The notes beneath the pieces are model-generated. The model saw only the letters and a list, made by a program, of their open reading frames with translations, ran no database searches and was not told the DNA's origin. Below, in pieces: positions 1 to 8,609 of a DNA stretch of 64,000 nucleotides. Position 1 is the first letter of the stretch. Every line of letters starts with the position of its first letter. The translations under genes and the position numbers were made by a program. Source of the stretch: Candidatus Latescibacterota bacterium (GTDB lineage Bacteria; Latescibacterota; UBA2968; GCA-2709665); assembly GCA_965205485.1 (NCBI GenBank), contig OZ242180.1, positions 2,464,001 to 2,528,000 of the forward strand, given 5' to 3'.

Positions 1-548
1 CTGAACCACCCACCGTCCGCCGCCGCCGTTCCCGCAACTCTCACGAATTGCATCAGGTCGATTCCATCGGAGTCGACCTCGCCGTAGAGCCATACATCCA
101 GCCGTCGCCGGATTTTCGACAGGGAATCCGGGGATACCGGCATCGCTTTATCGAGCGGGAAAAAGACTTCGCCGTCCGCAAGCACAGAGGCGTCACGCAG
201 GAATTGTCGTGAAGCTCGCACAAGTTGATCCGGATTACACACGGCCATTCCGGTGACAAAGTCGATATCGCCCTCCGCAACCACGTCCATAAACAGGGTG
301 CGCATTCGGTTCCGCAAACCGCCATAGTCCTCCATCAGGCGATTCGAACGCGGGTTCACACCCACGTGCAGCGTACCCAGCCCGTTGTAACGACGACACT
401 CCGATACGAAATCGGCCTCGTTGTCGAACAGCCCGATGCCGATGACGTGGTCTCCGTCCGTCGCCTTCAAATGCGTGAGGCCGAGCTCCGGACCGTGTTG
501 CAGAAGGTCGTAGTGCCGCCGCACGTCGCGCTCACTGAAGGACTTCAC
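1..548 (-). CDS. Hypothetical protein (runs off window), resembles degenerate RepB/AEP primase-like domain
   Basis: Not in the ORF track because it has no stop in the window. The GTG start overlaps the argH stop (GTGA at 545-548) and the frame is open to position 1: MKSFSERDVRRHYDLLQHGPELGLTHLKATDGDHVIGIGLFDNEADFVSECRRYNGLGTLHVGVNPR...DLMQFVRVAGT. Confidence 0.7.
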   Translation of the reverse strand, partial: MKSFSERDVRRHYDLLQHGPELGLTHLKATDGDHVIGIGLFDNEADFVSECRRYNGLGTLHVGVNPRSNRLMEDYGGLRNRMRTLFMDVVAEGDIDFVTGMAVCNPDQLVRASRQFLRDASVLADGEVFFPLDKAMPVSPDSLSKIRRRLDVWLYGEVDSDGIDLMQFVRVAGTAAADGGWF

Positions 549-1951
549 CCTTCCGCTCTCCGCGTTCTACCGCCGAGTAACTGCCTGCCGCGGCGGACCT
601 GCGCCGCAACGGCCTCGTAGCCCGTTCCCCCGTCCAGTTCCCGCCGGTTGACACTGGCGTCTGCGCGAAGCGACGCCACCACGTCCGCCTCGAACAGATC
701 GCACGCCGAATGAAGGGTTTCCAGGTCGAGCTCGTCGAGACGCCGTCCCTGCGAAAGCGCGGTCCGGACCAGCCTGCCCACGATCCGGTGGGTTTCGCGA
801 AAGGGCAGTCCTTTTCTCACGAGATAATCCGCGAGGTCCGTCGCAACAACGGTGCCGTCCAGAGCTTCGCGCATCCGATCGGTCTGGACCGACATTGTCC
901 GCCACGCGCCTGCGAAAACCTCCAACACCTGATGAATCGTATCGACTGTATCGAAGAATGCCTCTTTGTCCTCCTGAAGATCCTTCGAATAGGTCAGAGG
1001 CAATCCCTTCATCACGGTCAACAACGCCATCAGATTGCCGTACACCCGCCCGGTCTTGCCGCGGACCAGCTCCAGCGAATCCGGGTTCTTCTTCTGCGGC
1101 ATCATGCTCGAACCGGTGCTGTACGCGTCGTCGAGTTCGATAAACCGAAACTCGGACGACGACCATACGATCAGGTCTTCGCAGAACCTGCTAAGGTGCC
1201 CCATGAGAATCGCCGCGGCGGCCATGTACTCCAGGAGATAGTCCCGGTCGCTGACTGCGTCGATGCTGTTTTCGGTTATCCGCGAGAACCCCAGTTCCGA
1301 GGCCAGGAATTCCCGATCGATCGGAAAGGCGCTGCCGGCGAAGGCGCCCGATCCGAGCGGCATGGCATCCGCCCGATCGGCGCACGCGGCGAATCGTCCG
1401 CGGTCCCGATCCAGCATCCAGAACAATGCCATCGTATAGTGCGACAGCCGCACGGGCTGCGCCTGCTGCAGATGCGTATATCCCGGCATCAGGACTTCGA
1501 TGTGCCTATCGGCGAAATCCACCAGGACGGTCTGCAGGCGGTCGATGCCGGCGACGGTGTCCCGAGCCGCCTCCCGCAGATACAGCCGTTCATCCAGCGC
1601 CACCTGATCGTTCCTGCTGCGCCCGGTATGGAGCTTGCCGCCCACCTCACCCACGATATCGATCAGCCGCGCCTCGATCGCCATGTGTATGTCTTCCAGG
1701 TGCGCGGCCAGCGCAAGGCGGCCTTCTGCGATTTCCGATTCCACCTGATCCAGGCCCTTCAGGACGCGGTCCAGTTCCTGTGCCTCCAGGACGCCGATAT
1801 TCGCCAGGGCTTTCGCCTGAGCCCTGCTGCCGGCGATATCCGCCCTGTATAGCCGCCGGTCGAACCCGATGGACGCGTTGAATTGCTCCATTGCGCTTTC
1901 CGACGCCTCGTGGAAACGACCCGACCATGGCTTTTTCGCAGATTCACCCAT
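545..1951 (-). CDS. argH: Argininosuccinate lyase
   Basis: WSGRF N-terminus, HTGRSRNDQ, GYTHLQQAQP and GSSMMPQKKNP signature. True start is MGESAKK at 1951; the ORF-track extension to 2758 overlaps argG. Confidence 0.97.
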   Translation of the reverse strand: MGESAKKPWSGRFHEASESAMEQFNASIGFDRRLYRADIAGSRAQAKALANIGVLEAQELDRVLKGLDQVESEIAEGRLALAAHLEDIHMAIEARLIDIVGEVGGKLHTGRSRNDQVALDERLYLREAARDTVAGIDRLQTVLVDFADRHIEVLMPGYTHLQQAQPVRLSHYTMALFWMLDRDRGRFAACADRADAMPLGSGAFAGSAFPIDREFLASELGFSRITENSIDAVSDRDYLLEYMAAAAILMGHLSRFCEDLIVWSSSEFRFIELDDAYSTGSSMMPQKKNPDSLELVRGKTGRVYGNLMALLTVMKGLPLTYSKDLQEDKEAFFDTVDTIHQVLEVFAGAWRTMSVQTDRMREALDGTVVATDLADYLVRKGLPFRETHRIVGRLVRTALSQGRRLDELDLETLHSACDLFEADVVASLRADASVNRRELDGGTGYEAVAAQVRRGRQLLGGRTRRAEG

Positions 1952-2007
1952 TGAATGATCCCAAACCGCCCGCATGTCCCATGAAGCGGACTCCTGATCC
2001 TTGTCTC

Positions 2008-3261
2008 TCATTCTCTTGTCAGCCCACCATCCACCTGTTGCGAAGCATTCAACGCCTTTGCGCCGACACTCAGCACATTCAGAAATCCCTCCGAATCCCT
2101 GTGGTCGTAGTCGCCGATCGCCTCCATCGAGGACAGTTCGGAGGAATACAGGGAATGCGCCACGGCCGCGGACGACTGATACGTTACCGATCCTTTGTAT
2201 ACCGAAACGGTCAGCGAGCCCTCCGCCAGCTTCCGAACGGGCGAGAGGGCGCCTCGAACCATCTGCGATGACAGGTCGAAATAATACCCCTGGTAGATCT
2301 GCTCGGCAAGCACCGAGGAGAGCGAATCGTAGAATCGGCGTGCCCGCCTGTCGAGTACCTGCTGCAACAGGAACTGGTAGCATGCGCCAAGCAATGCGAG
2401 CCCCGGGCTTTCGTACACGCCTCGAGATTTGATGCCCACGAAGCGATTCTCGACCGTGTGGATACCGATGCCGACTCCGTGACGCCCGGCAACGTCGTTG
2501 GCCGTTGCGATCGCCGATACGGCGTCCACGTGCTCTCCGTTCACAAGTACGGGACGCCCTGCTTCGAGCGTTACCGAGAATGACTCCGGGCGATCCGGCG
2601 CGTCCTTCGGGAAAACGCCCATGCCCGGCTCGATGAAGTCCGCGGCCACGTCGAGGTATTCCAGCTTTCCCGCCTCGTGCGTCAGACCCAGCAGATTCGC
2701 ATCCGTCGAATACGGCTTGTCCTGCGTCGCCGTGATGGGCAGGTTCCGGGCCTGGCAATAGGCGATCATCTCCCTGCGTCCGCCGAAATGCTCCAGGAAT
2801 GCGTCGTCACGCCACGGCGCATACACCTTGATGGCAGGCGACAGCATATTGGCGACGAGCTGGAATCGCACCTGGTCGTTCCCTCGGCCGGTGGCTCCGT
2901 GCGCGAGTACGTCGATATCGCGCGCCTGCATCTCCTCGAGGATCCCCCGCGCGGTCACGTGTCGGGCAAGACCGGTCGTGTTCCAGTACCCGCCCTCGTA
3001 CACGGCATTGGCAAGGAGGATGGTGATTGCCTCCTCTGCCAGGTCCGACTTCAAGTCCAGGATGACCGAATCCACGGCCCCGCACGCCAGCATCCGCCGG
3101 CCGATATCCTCGATATCTTCCTCGTCCGGCTGCCCGATATCCGCGGTCATGCTCACCACGTCCACCCCCTGGTCGGCAAGCCAGCGCGAAACCGTACAGC
3201 TGTCAAGCCCCCCGGAAGCCGCCAGCGCAATCCGCTTGCCCTGAATGTCCGCCAATTTCAT
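2008..3261 (-). CDS. argG: Argininosuccinate synthase
   Basis: ALAASGGLDS, AHGATGRGNDQVRF, YSTDANLLG, VENRFVGIKSRGVYESPG. Confidence 0.97.
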   Translation of the reverse strand: MKLADIQGKRIALAASGGLDSCTVSRWLADQGVDVVSMTADIGQPDEEDIEDIGRRMLACGAVDSVILDLKSDLAEEAITILLANAVYEGGYWNTTGLARHVTARGILEEMQARDIDVLAHGATGRGNDQVRFQLVANMLSPAIKVYAPWRDDAFLEHFGGRREMIAYCQARNLPITATQDKPYSTDANLLGLTHEAGKLEYLDVAADFIEPGMGVFPKDAPDRPESFSVTLEAGRPVLVNGEHVDAVSAIATANDVAGRHGVGIGIHTVENRFVGIKSRGVYESPGLALLGACYQFLLQQVLDRRARRFYDSLSSVLAEQIYQGYYFDLSSQMVRGALSPVRKLAEGSLTVSVYKGSVTYQSSAAVAHSLYSSELSSMEAIGDYDHRDSEGFLNVLSVGAKALNASQQVDGGLTRE

Positions 3262-3295
3262 TACAGACGCTCCTTTCCCATCGTCCGCCTGCACA

Positions 3296-4495
3296 CTAAC
3301 CCTGCAGAATTTCGTCGAATACGTCCATAACGTGGTCGATATTCGTCTGATCAACCACCAGCGGCGGCAGAAAACGCACCACGTCGGGTCCGGCGACACA
3401 TACCAGGATTCCCCGCTCACGGAACCCGCCCATCACTTCGGCGGCAGGGACGTCGGCCAATACCGCACCCGCGATCAACCCCCTCCCGCGGATCTCCGTG
3501 ATCTTTTCGGGGTAGGTTTCCTTGAGCGCGTTCAGCCGGCCGTTCAGGTGGTCGCCTTTCGCCCTTACGGACGCGATGAATCCAGGGTCCGAGAGCTGCC
3601 TGAAGACCTCGATGCCCACGGCGCAACTGACCGGATGCGCCCCGAACGTTGCTGCATGGTCGCTGGGCTCCACGGCATCGGCAACGTCCTGGCTCATCAG
3701 TGTCGCGCCAATCGGCAGGCCTCCGGCCAGGGGCTTGGCCAGCGTCATGATGTCCGGTGTTACGCCGTAGTGCTCGTAACAGAACAGAGCCCCGGTCCGG
3801 CAGAGCCCGGACTGAATCTCGTCGAACACGAGCAGCATCTTCATCTCGTCGCACAACTGTCGCAGCCCTTCGATAAACGTCGGTTCCCCCGAATGAATGC
3901 CGCCCTCGGCCTGGAGCGGCTCCAGAATCACCGCGACCGTCTCCGCATCCACCAGTCGTTCCACCGACTCGAGATTGTTGAACTCCGCGAACGAGATTCC
4001 GGGCAGCAGGGGTCCGAAGCCCTTGTGATACTTCGGCTGACCTGTGGTGGCGACCGACCCCATGGTGCGTCCGTGAAACGAGTTGTTCATCGCAATGAAC
4101 TTGTACTTTGCGCGTTCCTCGAAATTCGCGTATCCCCATTTTCGCGCAAACTTCAACGCGGCCTCCCAGGACTCGGTTCCGCTGTTGCAGAAGAATACAC
4201 GATCCGCGAATGAACTGTCGCACAGCATTTTCGCCAACCGGGGCGCGGGAATTGTATGGTACAGGTTCGAGACGTGGATCAGCTTCCGCGCCTGGGCCGA
4301 AATCGCGTCGCCAATGGTCGGGTTGTTATATCCCAGCGCATTCACGGACAGCCCGCTCACAAAATCCAGATACCGATTCCCGTCGGTGTCGAACAGTTGC
4401 ACACCGTCCCCTCGTTCCAGTACGAAGTCGGGCCGCGCGTAGGTCTGTAGAATGTAGTTCTGCTCAAGGTCGATTATTTCTTTCGTGTCCATCAT
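3296..4495 (-). CDS. argD: Acetylornithine aminotransferase (class III PLP)
   Basis: FCNSGTES, FHGRT, LEPLQAEGG, FDEIQSGLCRTG, TLAKPLAGGLP; arg operon context. Confidence 0.95.
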   Translation of the reverse strand: MMDTKEIIDLEQNYILQTYARPDFVLERGDGVQLFDTDGNRYLDFVSGLSVNALGYNNPTIGDAISAQARKLIHVSNLYHTIPAPRLAKMLCDSSFADRVFFCNSGTESWEAALKFARKWGYANFEERAKYKFIAMNNSFHGRTMGSVATTGQPKYHKGFGPLLPGISFAEFNNLESVERLVDAETVAVILEPLQAEGGIHSGEPTFIEGLRQLCDEMKMLLVFDEIQSGLCRTGALFCYEHYGVTPDIMTLAKPLAGGLPIGATLMSQDVADAVEPSDHAATFGAHPVSCAVGIEVFRQLSDPGFIASVRAKGDHLNGRLNALKETYPEKITEIRGRGLIAGAVLADVPAAEVMGGFRERGILVCVAGPDVVRFLPPLVVDQTNIDHVMDVFDEILQG

Positions 4496-4546
4496 CCACT
4501 CCCCGGGTTTTGGGTTCCATAACTGCAACCTGAACCGTGCAATGCT

Positions 4547-5425
4547 TCATTGGACAATCTCAGTGCCGATCCCCTCACGGGTGAAGACTTCGAGCAGCAA
4601 GGCGTGCGGGACGCGTCCATCTATAATGTGCGTCTTGTTTACGCCCCCTCTCACCGAACGCACGCAAGCCTGGAGCTTTGGAATCATCCCTCCCTTTGCC
4701 GTACCGTCCCGGATCAGCCTGTCGACATCATTGACGTGAAGTGTCGAGATCCTGGATTCCGGATCGGCGCTGTCACTCAAAATGCCATTTACGTCCGTCA
4801 GAAAAACGAGCTTCTCCGCCTCAAGCGTCCGTGCGATTTCCCCCGCGGCAGTATCCGCGTTCACGTTGTAGCTCCTGCCGTCCGGTCCCAGGCCGATCGG
4901 CGCGATCACCGGAATCGTCCCCTTTTCGCAAACCCTTCGAATCGGCTCCGGATCCACACGGTGTACGTCGCCCACAAACCCGATATCCACCCGCTTTCCA
5001 TCGGACGCTGACAGCGCAAAGTGTTTGTGTACGTGCATCACGCCGGCTTCCTTGGCGGACATCCCGTGCACGCAACCGTCCAGCGACCGGATTCCCTCCA
5101 CAATCCGCCTGTTAACCACACCGAACAGTGTTTCCTCCACCACCTGCATCGAGTCCGCGTCGGTCATGCGCAAACCGTGGACCCAATTAGACTCCAGTCC
5201 GGCTTCCTGCAGGCGTCTGCTGATTTCCCTGCCGCCGCCATGCACGACAACAGGCCGCATTCCTACCGTTTCCATGAAGACCAGATCCGCGAGGATCGTG
5301 TCCGATCCGCCGTCTTCGGGCTGCGTACTGCCGCCGTATTTCACGACGACGATCTTGTCCCGAAACGAGCGGATGTAGGGAAACGCCTCCACCAGCGTGG
5401 CGGCTTTCTGGATGAATTGATCCAT
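4547..5425 (-). CDS. argB: Acetylglutamate kinase
   Basis: VVKYGG, VVHGGG, YNVNADTAA, GGMIPK, GIGTEI. Confidence 0.97.
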   Translation of the reverse strand: MDQFIQKAATLVEAFPYIRSFRDKIVVVKYGGSTQPEDGGSDTILADLVFMETVGMRPVVVHGGGREISRRLQEAGLESNWVHGLRMTDADSMQVVEETLFGVVNRRIVEGIRSLDGCVHGMSAKEAGVMHVHKHFALSASDGKRVDIGFVGDVHRVDPEPIRRVCEKGTIPVIAPIGLGPDGRSYNVNADTAAGEIARTLEAEKLVFLTDVNGILSDSADPESRISTLHVNDVDRLIRDGTAKGGMIPKLQACVRSVRGGVNKTHIIDGRVPHALLLEVFTREGIGTEIVQ

Positions 5426-5478
5426 CGCACAATCCCGAGTTGCAAGCCGGCGGTGGGCCGTCCGTACCCGCCGAAGGT

Positions 5479-6426
5479 TCAGCCCGTACTGTAAACGCCG
5501 TCAATTCCGTAGAGTCTGGGCAGCCCGAACATCAGGTTCATATTCTCAACCGCCTGGCTGGCCGCGCCCTTGCCCAGGTTGTCTTCCATGGCGCAGATAT
5601 AGGCATATCCGTCGTCAACGCCCACCTTGATCGCCAGCTTGTGCGTCCCCACGACGTCGCGCGTACCCCACTGTTTGTCCTCCGAATCTTCCACTGGAAT
5701 GACGAGGTCCTCGTTTGTATACGCGGACGAGATCGCCTCGACCAACTGCCTGCCTGCTTCCTTCGCGGGTAGCGCCTTTAAGCTGTCGGCCAGTTCGATC
5801 CGTATGTTGGCATTGATGCCAGCGAATACGGAGCGCAGGACGATGGGCGTGAAGTTCACCCGAAAACCGGAGTAGAACTCCATCTCCGGTACGTGTTTAT
5901 GCCGCCGGCCAAAACTGTAGGTGACCTCGTCGGGCTCGTGTTCCACCCCTCTGCGGGCGCCCGAATTCCCCGACGTCGCCACGACCGTCGCTTCGCCCTG
6001 CACCATTTCCTTCAACGGATTCAAAGCCAGAATGACGCCGGTCGGATAACATCCCGGATTGCCGACCAGGCGCGCGCCGGCAATCCGGTCGGCAAACAGC
6101 GCGGGCATGCCGTAAACCGCATCCTCGAGAAACTCCGGCGCAACGTGGTCCAGCCCGTATCCAGCTTCGAACAGCAGCCTCGGCAACCGGAAGGCACCGC
6201 TCATATCGATAACTCTCGGACCCGCGTCCAGCGCCTGCGGCGCGAATTGCATTGATTCAGGGTCTTTGGTGGCCAGGAATACCACTTCACACTCGTCCAG
6301 GGCGCCTTTTCGACGTCTGGAATTCTGCCGGAATACGATCTCGGCCCGATCGTGATTCGCCAGTACCCGTTCTATTTCCTGGCCAACCATCCCGGTATCG
6401 CCGAAAATGCCGACGCTCAAAACCAC
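5479..6426 (-). CDS. argC: N-acetyl-gamma-glutamyl-phosphate reductase
   Basis: GDTGMVG Rossmann motif, IDMSGAFR, NPGCYPT catalytic Cys, HKHVPE, DNLGKGAASQAVENMN. Confidence 0.95.
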   Translation of the reverse strand: MVLSVGIFGDTGMVGQEIERVLANHDRAEIVFRQNSRRRKGALDECEVVFLATKDPESMQFAPQALDAGPRVIDMSGAFRLPRLLFEAGYGLDHVAPEFLEDAVYGMPALFADRIAGARLVGNPGCYPTGVILALNPLKEMVQGEATVVATSGNSGARRGVEHEPDEVTYSFGRRHKHVPEMEFYSGFRVNFTPIVLRSVFAGINANIRIELADSLKALPAKEAGRQLVEAISSAYTNEDLVIPVEDSEDKQWGTRDVVGTHKLAIKVGVDDGYAYICAMEDNLGKGAASQAVENMNLMFGLPRLYGIDGVYSTG

Positions 6427-6582
6427 GGGCGTCCTCCCACGGTTCCGGGAATGCCCGTACGGTTCGGGGATTCCGACGTATGCGGTCGAGGCCGCGCTTC
6501 GTGCTTCGCTCCCGGTTTTTCCGACGTCCGCGTCATCCGGATTGCCGCATCGCCGGCCATGTGATTGACCCTTCCGGTCCGA

Positions 6583-7047
6583 TCATTGGGAGATCTCAAG
6601 AATTCGCTCTTTCAGCCGTTCTCGTTTTTCCACTGATTGACACAGGATGAATATCGTATTCTCTCCGGCGATCGTTCCCACAACCTCCGTCCATCCCGCA
6701 CGGTCGATCGCTTCGCATACACCCTGCGCATGTCCGGTAATCGTCTTCAATACGAGCGTATGCCCCGCCCCACCCGTTTCGACGACGAAATCCCGCAACT
6801 CCCTCGCGAGCAGATCCGATCCACCGCCGTAGTGTCCGGTTTCGTCGTCCGTCGCCTGATAGCGGAGACTTCCCGCACCGTCCGGCGCCTTCACGATGCC
6901 CAGCTGTTTCAGGTCCTTCGAGAGCGTGGACTGTGTGGAGGATATTCCAGAGGCCCGGAGCGCATCAGACAATGCCTTCTGAGTCCCGATTGAACGGGAC
7001 GCGATGACGTTGAGAATGCGCCGTTGACGTTCTTGTTTGCCACTCAT
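6583..7047 (-). CDS. argR: Arginine repressor
   Basis: TQ..L...L, TQSTLSKDLKQLG winged helix, GTIAGENTIFI arginine-binding motif. Confidence 0.95.
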   Translation of the reverse strand: MSGKQERQRRILNVIASRSIGTQKALSDALRASGISSTQSTLSKDLKQLGIVKAPDGAGSLRYQATDDETGHYGGGSDLLARELRDFVVETGGAGHTLVLKTITGHAQGVCEAIDRAGWTEVVGTIAGENTIFILCQSVEKRERLKERILEISQ

Positions 7048-7125
7048 GGAATTTTATTCCAATTTTCCGGAGTATTATTCATAAAATACGCAAAAAATTC
7101 CGAATGTCAAGAATAATTATTCATA
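7048..7125 (-). promoter_or_regulatory. sigma70-type promoter of arg operon with ARG boxes
   Basis: Minus-strand TTGACA (7110-7105) and TATTTT (7088-7083). Near-canonical ARG box AGAATAATTATTCA at 7110-7123, plus further ATTC(A/C) half-sites at ~21-bp spacing. Confidence 0.8.
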
Positions 7126-7156
7126 TTGCCTGATTCTTCGCCAGCCATTTTCAAGC

Positions 7157-8572
7157 TCAGATCTCCACGACCTTGCCCGGATTCATTATGTTGTGTGGGT
7201 CGAGTGCTTTCTTGATCGCCCGCATAACCTTTACGCCTTCGCCATGCTCCTGCTCCAGGGCCGCCAGCTTGCCCATGCCGATCCCGTGTTCACCCGTGCA
7301 CGTTCCTCCCATTTCCAGGGCGAATTCGACGATCCGTTCGCCGAATTCCCGCGCTTCGGCAAGCTCTTCGGGGCGATCCGGATCGATCAGGAAAACGACG
7401 TGAAAGTTCCCGTCGCCGACGTGACCGAACAGGGGCGCAATCAGTGTCGACGCCTTCAGTTCTTCTTTGGTTCTGAGAATACAATCCGCCAGTCTTGAAA
7501 CCGGAACGCACACGTCCGTCACGTACCCCACGGAGCCCGGACGCATCGTCTGTGACGCGTAGTAGGCGTCGTACCGCGCCTGCCAGAGCCGGTCGCGTTC
7601 CCGTTGTCCGGTCGCCCTGCGAAAGTCTTCACCGCCGTGCCTGTCCGCAACCGGTCTGGACGCCGCGATACCCTCGGCAACGGACGATTCGGAACCGTGG
7701 AACTCGAAAAACAGGGTTGGCGCCACCCGGTAGTCAAAGCCGGAATAGGCGTTGATCGCGCCCATCTGAACGTCGTCGAGAAGCTCGATTCGCGCCATTT
7801 CTATCCCCGCCGACGTCATTTCAAGAACCGCATCTACCGCCGACGAAATATCCGGAAACGCGCAGACCGCCGCGGATACCGCTTCAGGGACCCGCGCCAG
7901 TCTCAGCGTCACCTCGGTTATGACGCCCAGTGTGCCCTCGGATCCGACGAACAGATGCGCCAGGTCGTAACCGGAGGACGACTTTCTCGCCCTTCCTCCA
8001 GCCTGAATGATGCTGCCGTCAGCAAGTATGGCCGTCAATCCAAGGACATTCTCCCTCATCGTTCCGTATCCCACCGCCGCACTGCCCGAAGCACGGGTCG
8101 CAGTCATGCCACCCAGAGAAGCGTCCGCTCCGGGATCCACGGGAAAGTACAGTCCCGTGCCCGCGTCCGCCAGATGCCGGTTCAGCTGCTTCCTCGTTAC
8201 ACCGGCCTCCACCGTTGCATCCAGGTCGGCCTCGCCAATCCTTAATACACGTTTCATACGGCTCAAATCGATACAGACGCCGCCCCGTACGGCGACGATG
8301 CCGCCTTCCACGGCCGTTCCTGTCCCATACGGCACCACAGGTGTCCGATACCATGCGCAAAGTTTCACGATCTTCGACACTTCTTCGTTGCATTCGGGAA
8401 AGACCACAGCGTCCGGCAGCATGGGCTTATGATACGATGCGTCCCCCGCGTGGCTTTCACGGATATCCGCGTCCGTCTTTATCCGATCGCCCAGCAATGA
8501 CCGGAGTTCGCCGATAACCGGCGACGGGTCCGGATCCGAAGATCGCTTCGTCGCACACGCGTTGTCTGTCAT
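7157..8572 (-). CDS. FAD-linked oxidase (D-lactate dehydrogenase/GlcD family)
   Basis: PYGTGTAVEG, FPVDPGADASLGGM, GYDL..LFVGSEGTLG, GHVGDGNFH, TGEHGIG, LDPHNIMNPGK. Confidence 0.92.
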   Translation of the reverse strand: MTDNACATKRSSDPDPSPVIGELRSLLGDRIKTDADIRESHAGDASYHKPMLPDAVVFPECNEEVSKIVKLCAWYRTPVVPYGTGTAVEGGIVAVRGGVCIDLSRMKRVLRIGEADLDATVEAGVTRKQLNRHLADAGTGLYFPVDPGADASLGGMTATRASGSAAVGYGTMRENVLGLTAILADGSIIQAGGRARKSSSGYDLAHLFVGSEGTLGVITEVTLRLARVPEAVSAAVCAFPDISSAVDAVLEMTSAGIEMARIELLDDVQMGAINAYSGFDYRVAPTLFFEFHGSESSVAEGIAASRPVADRHGGEDFRRATGQRERDRLWQARYDAYYASQTMRPGSVGYVTDVCVPVSRLADCILRTKEELKASTLIAPLFGHVGDGNFHVVFLIDPDRPEELAEAREFGERIVEFALEMGGTCTGEHGIGMGKLAALEQEHGEGVKVMRAIKKALDPHNIMNPGKVVEI

Positions 8573-8609
8573 TACCTTCAACCCTCTATCGAGCCGCTTT
8601 CGCGATCGC

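Noticed and set aside
1952..2758. 737-aa version of argH in the ORF track
   Set aside because: The N-terminal 270 aa overlap argG in another frame and are low-complexity; homology starts at MGESAKKPWSGRF
6417..6599. Possible arginine leader peptide between argR and argC
   Set aside because: No Arg-codon run and no attenuator hairpin with a U-tract
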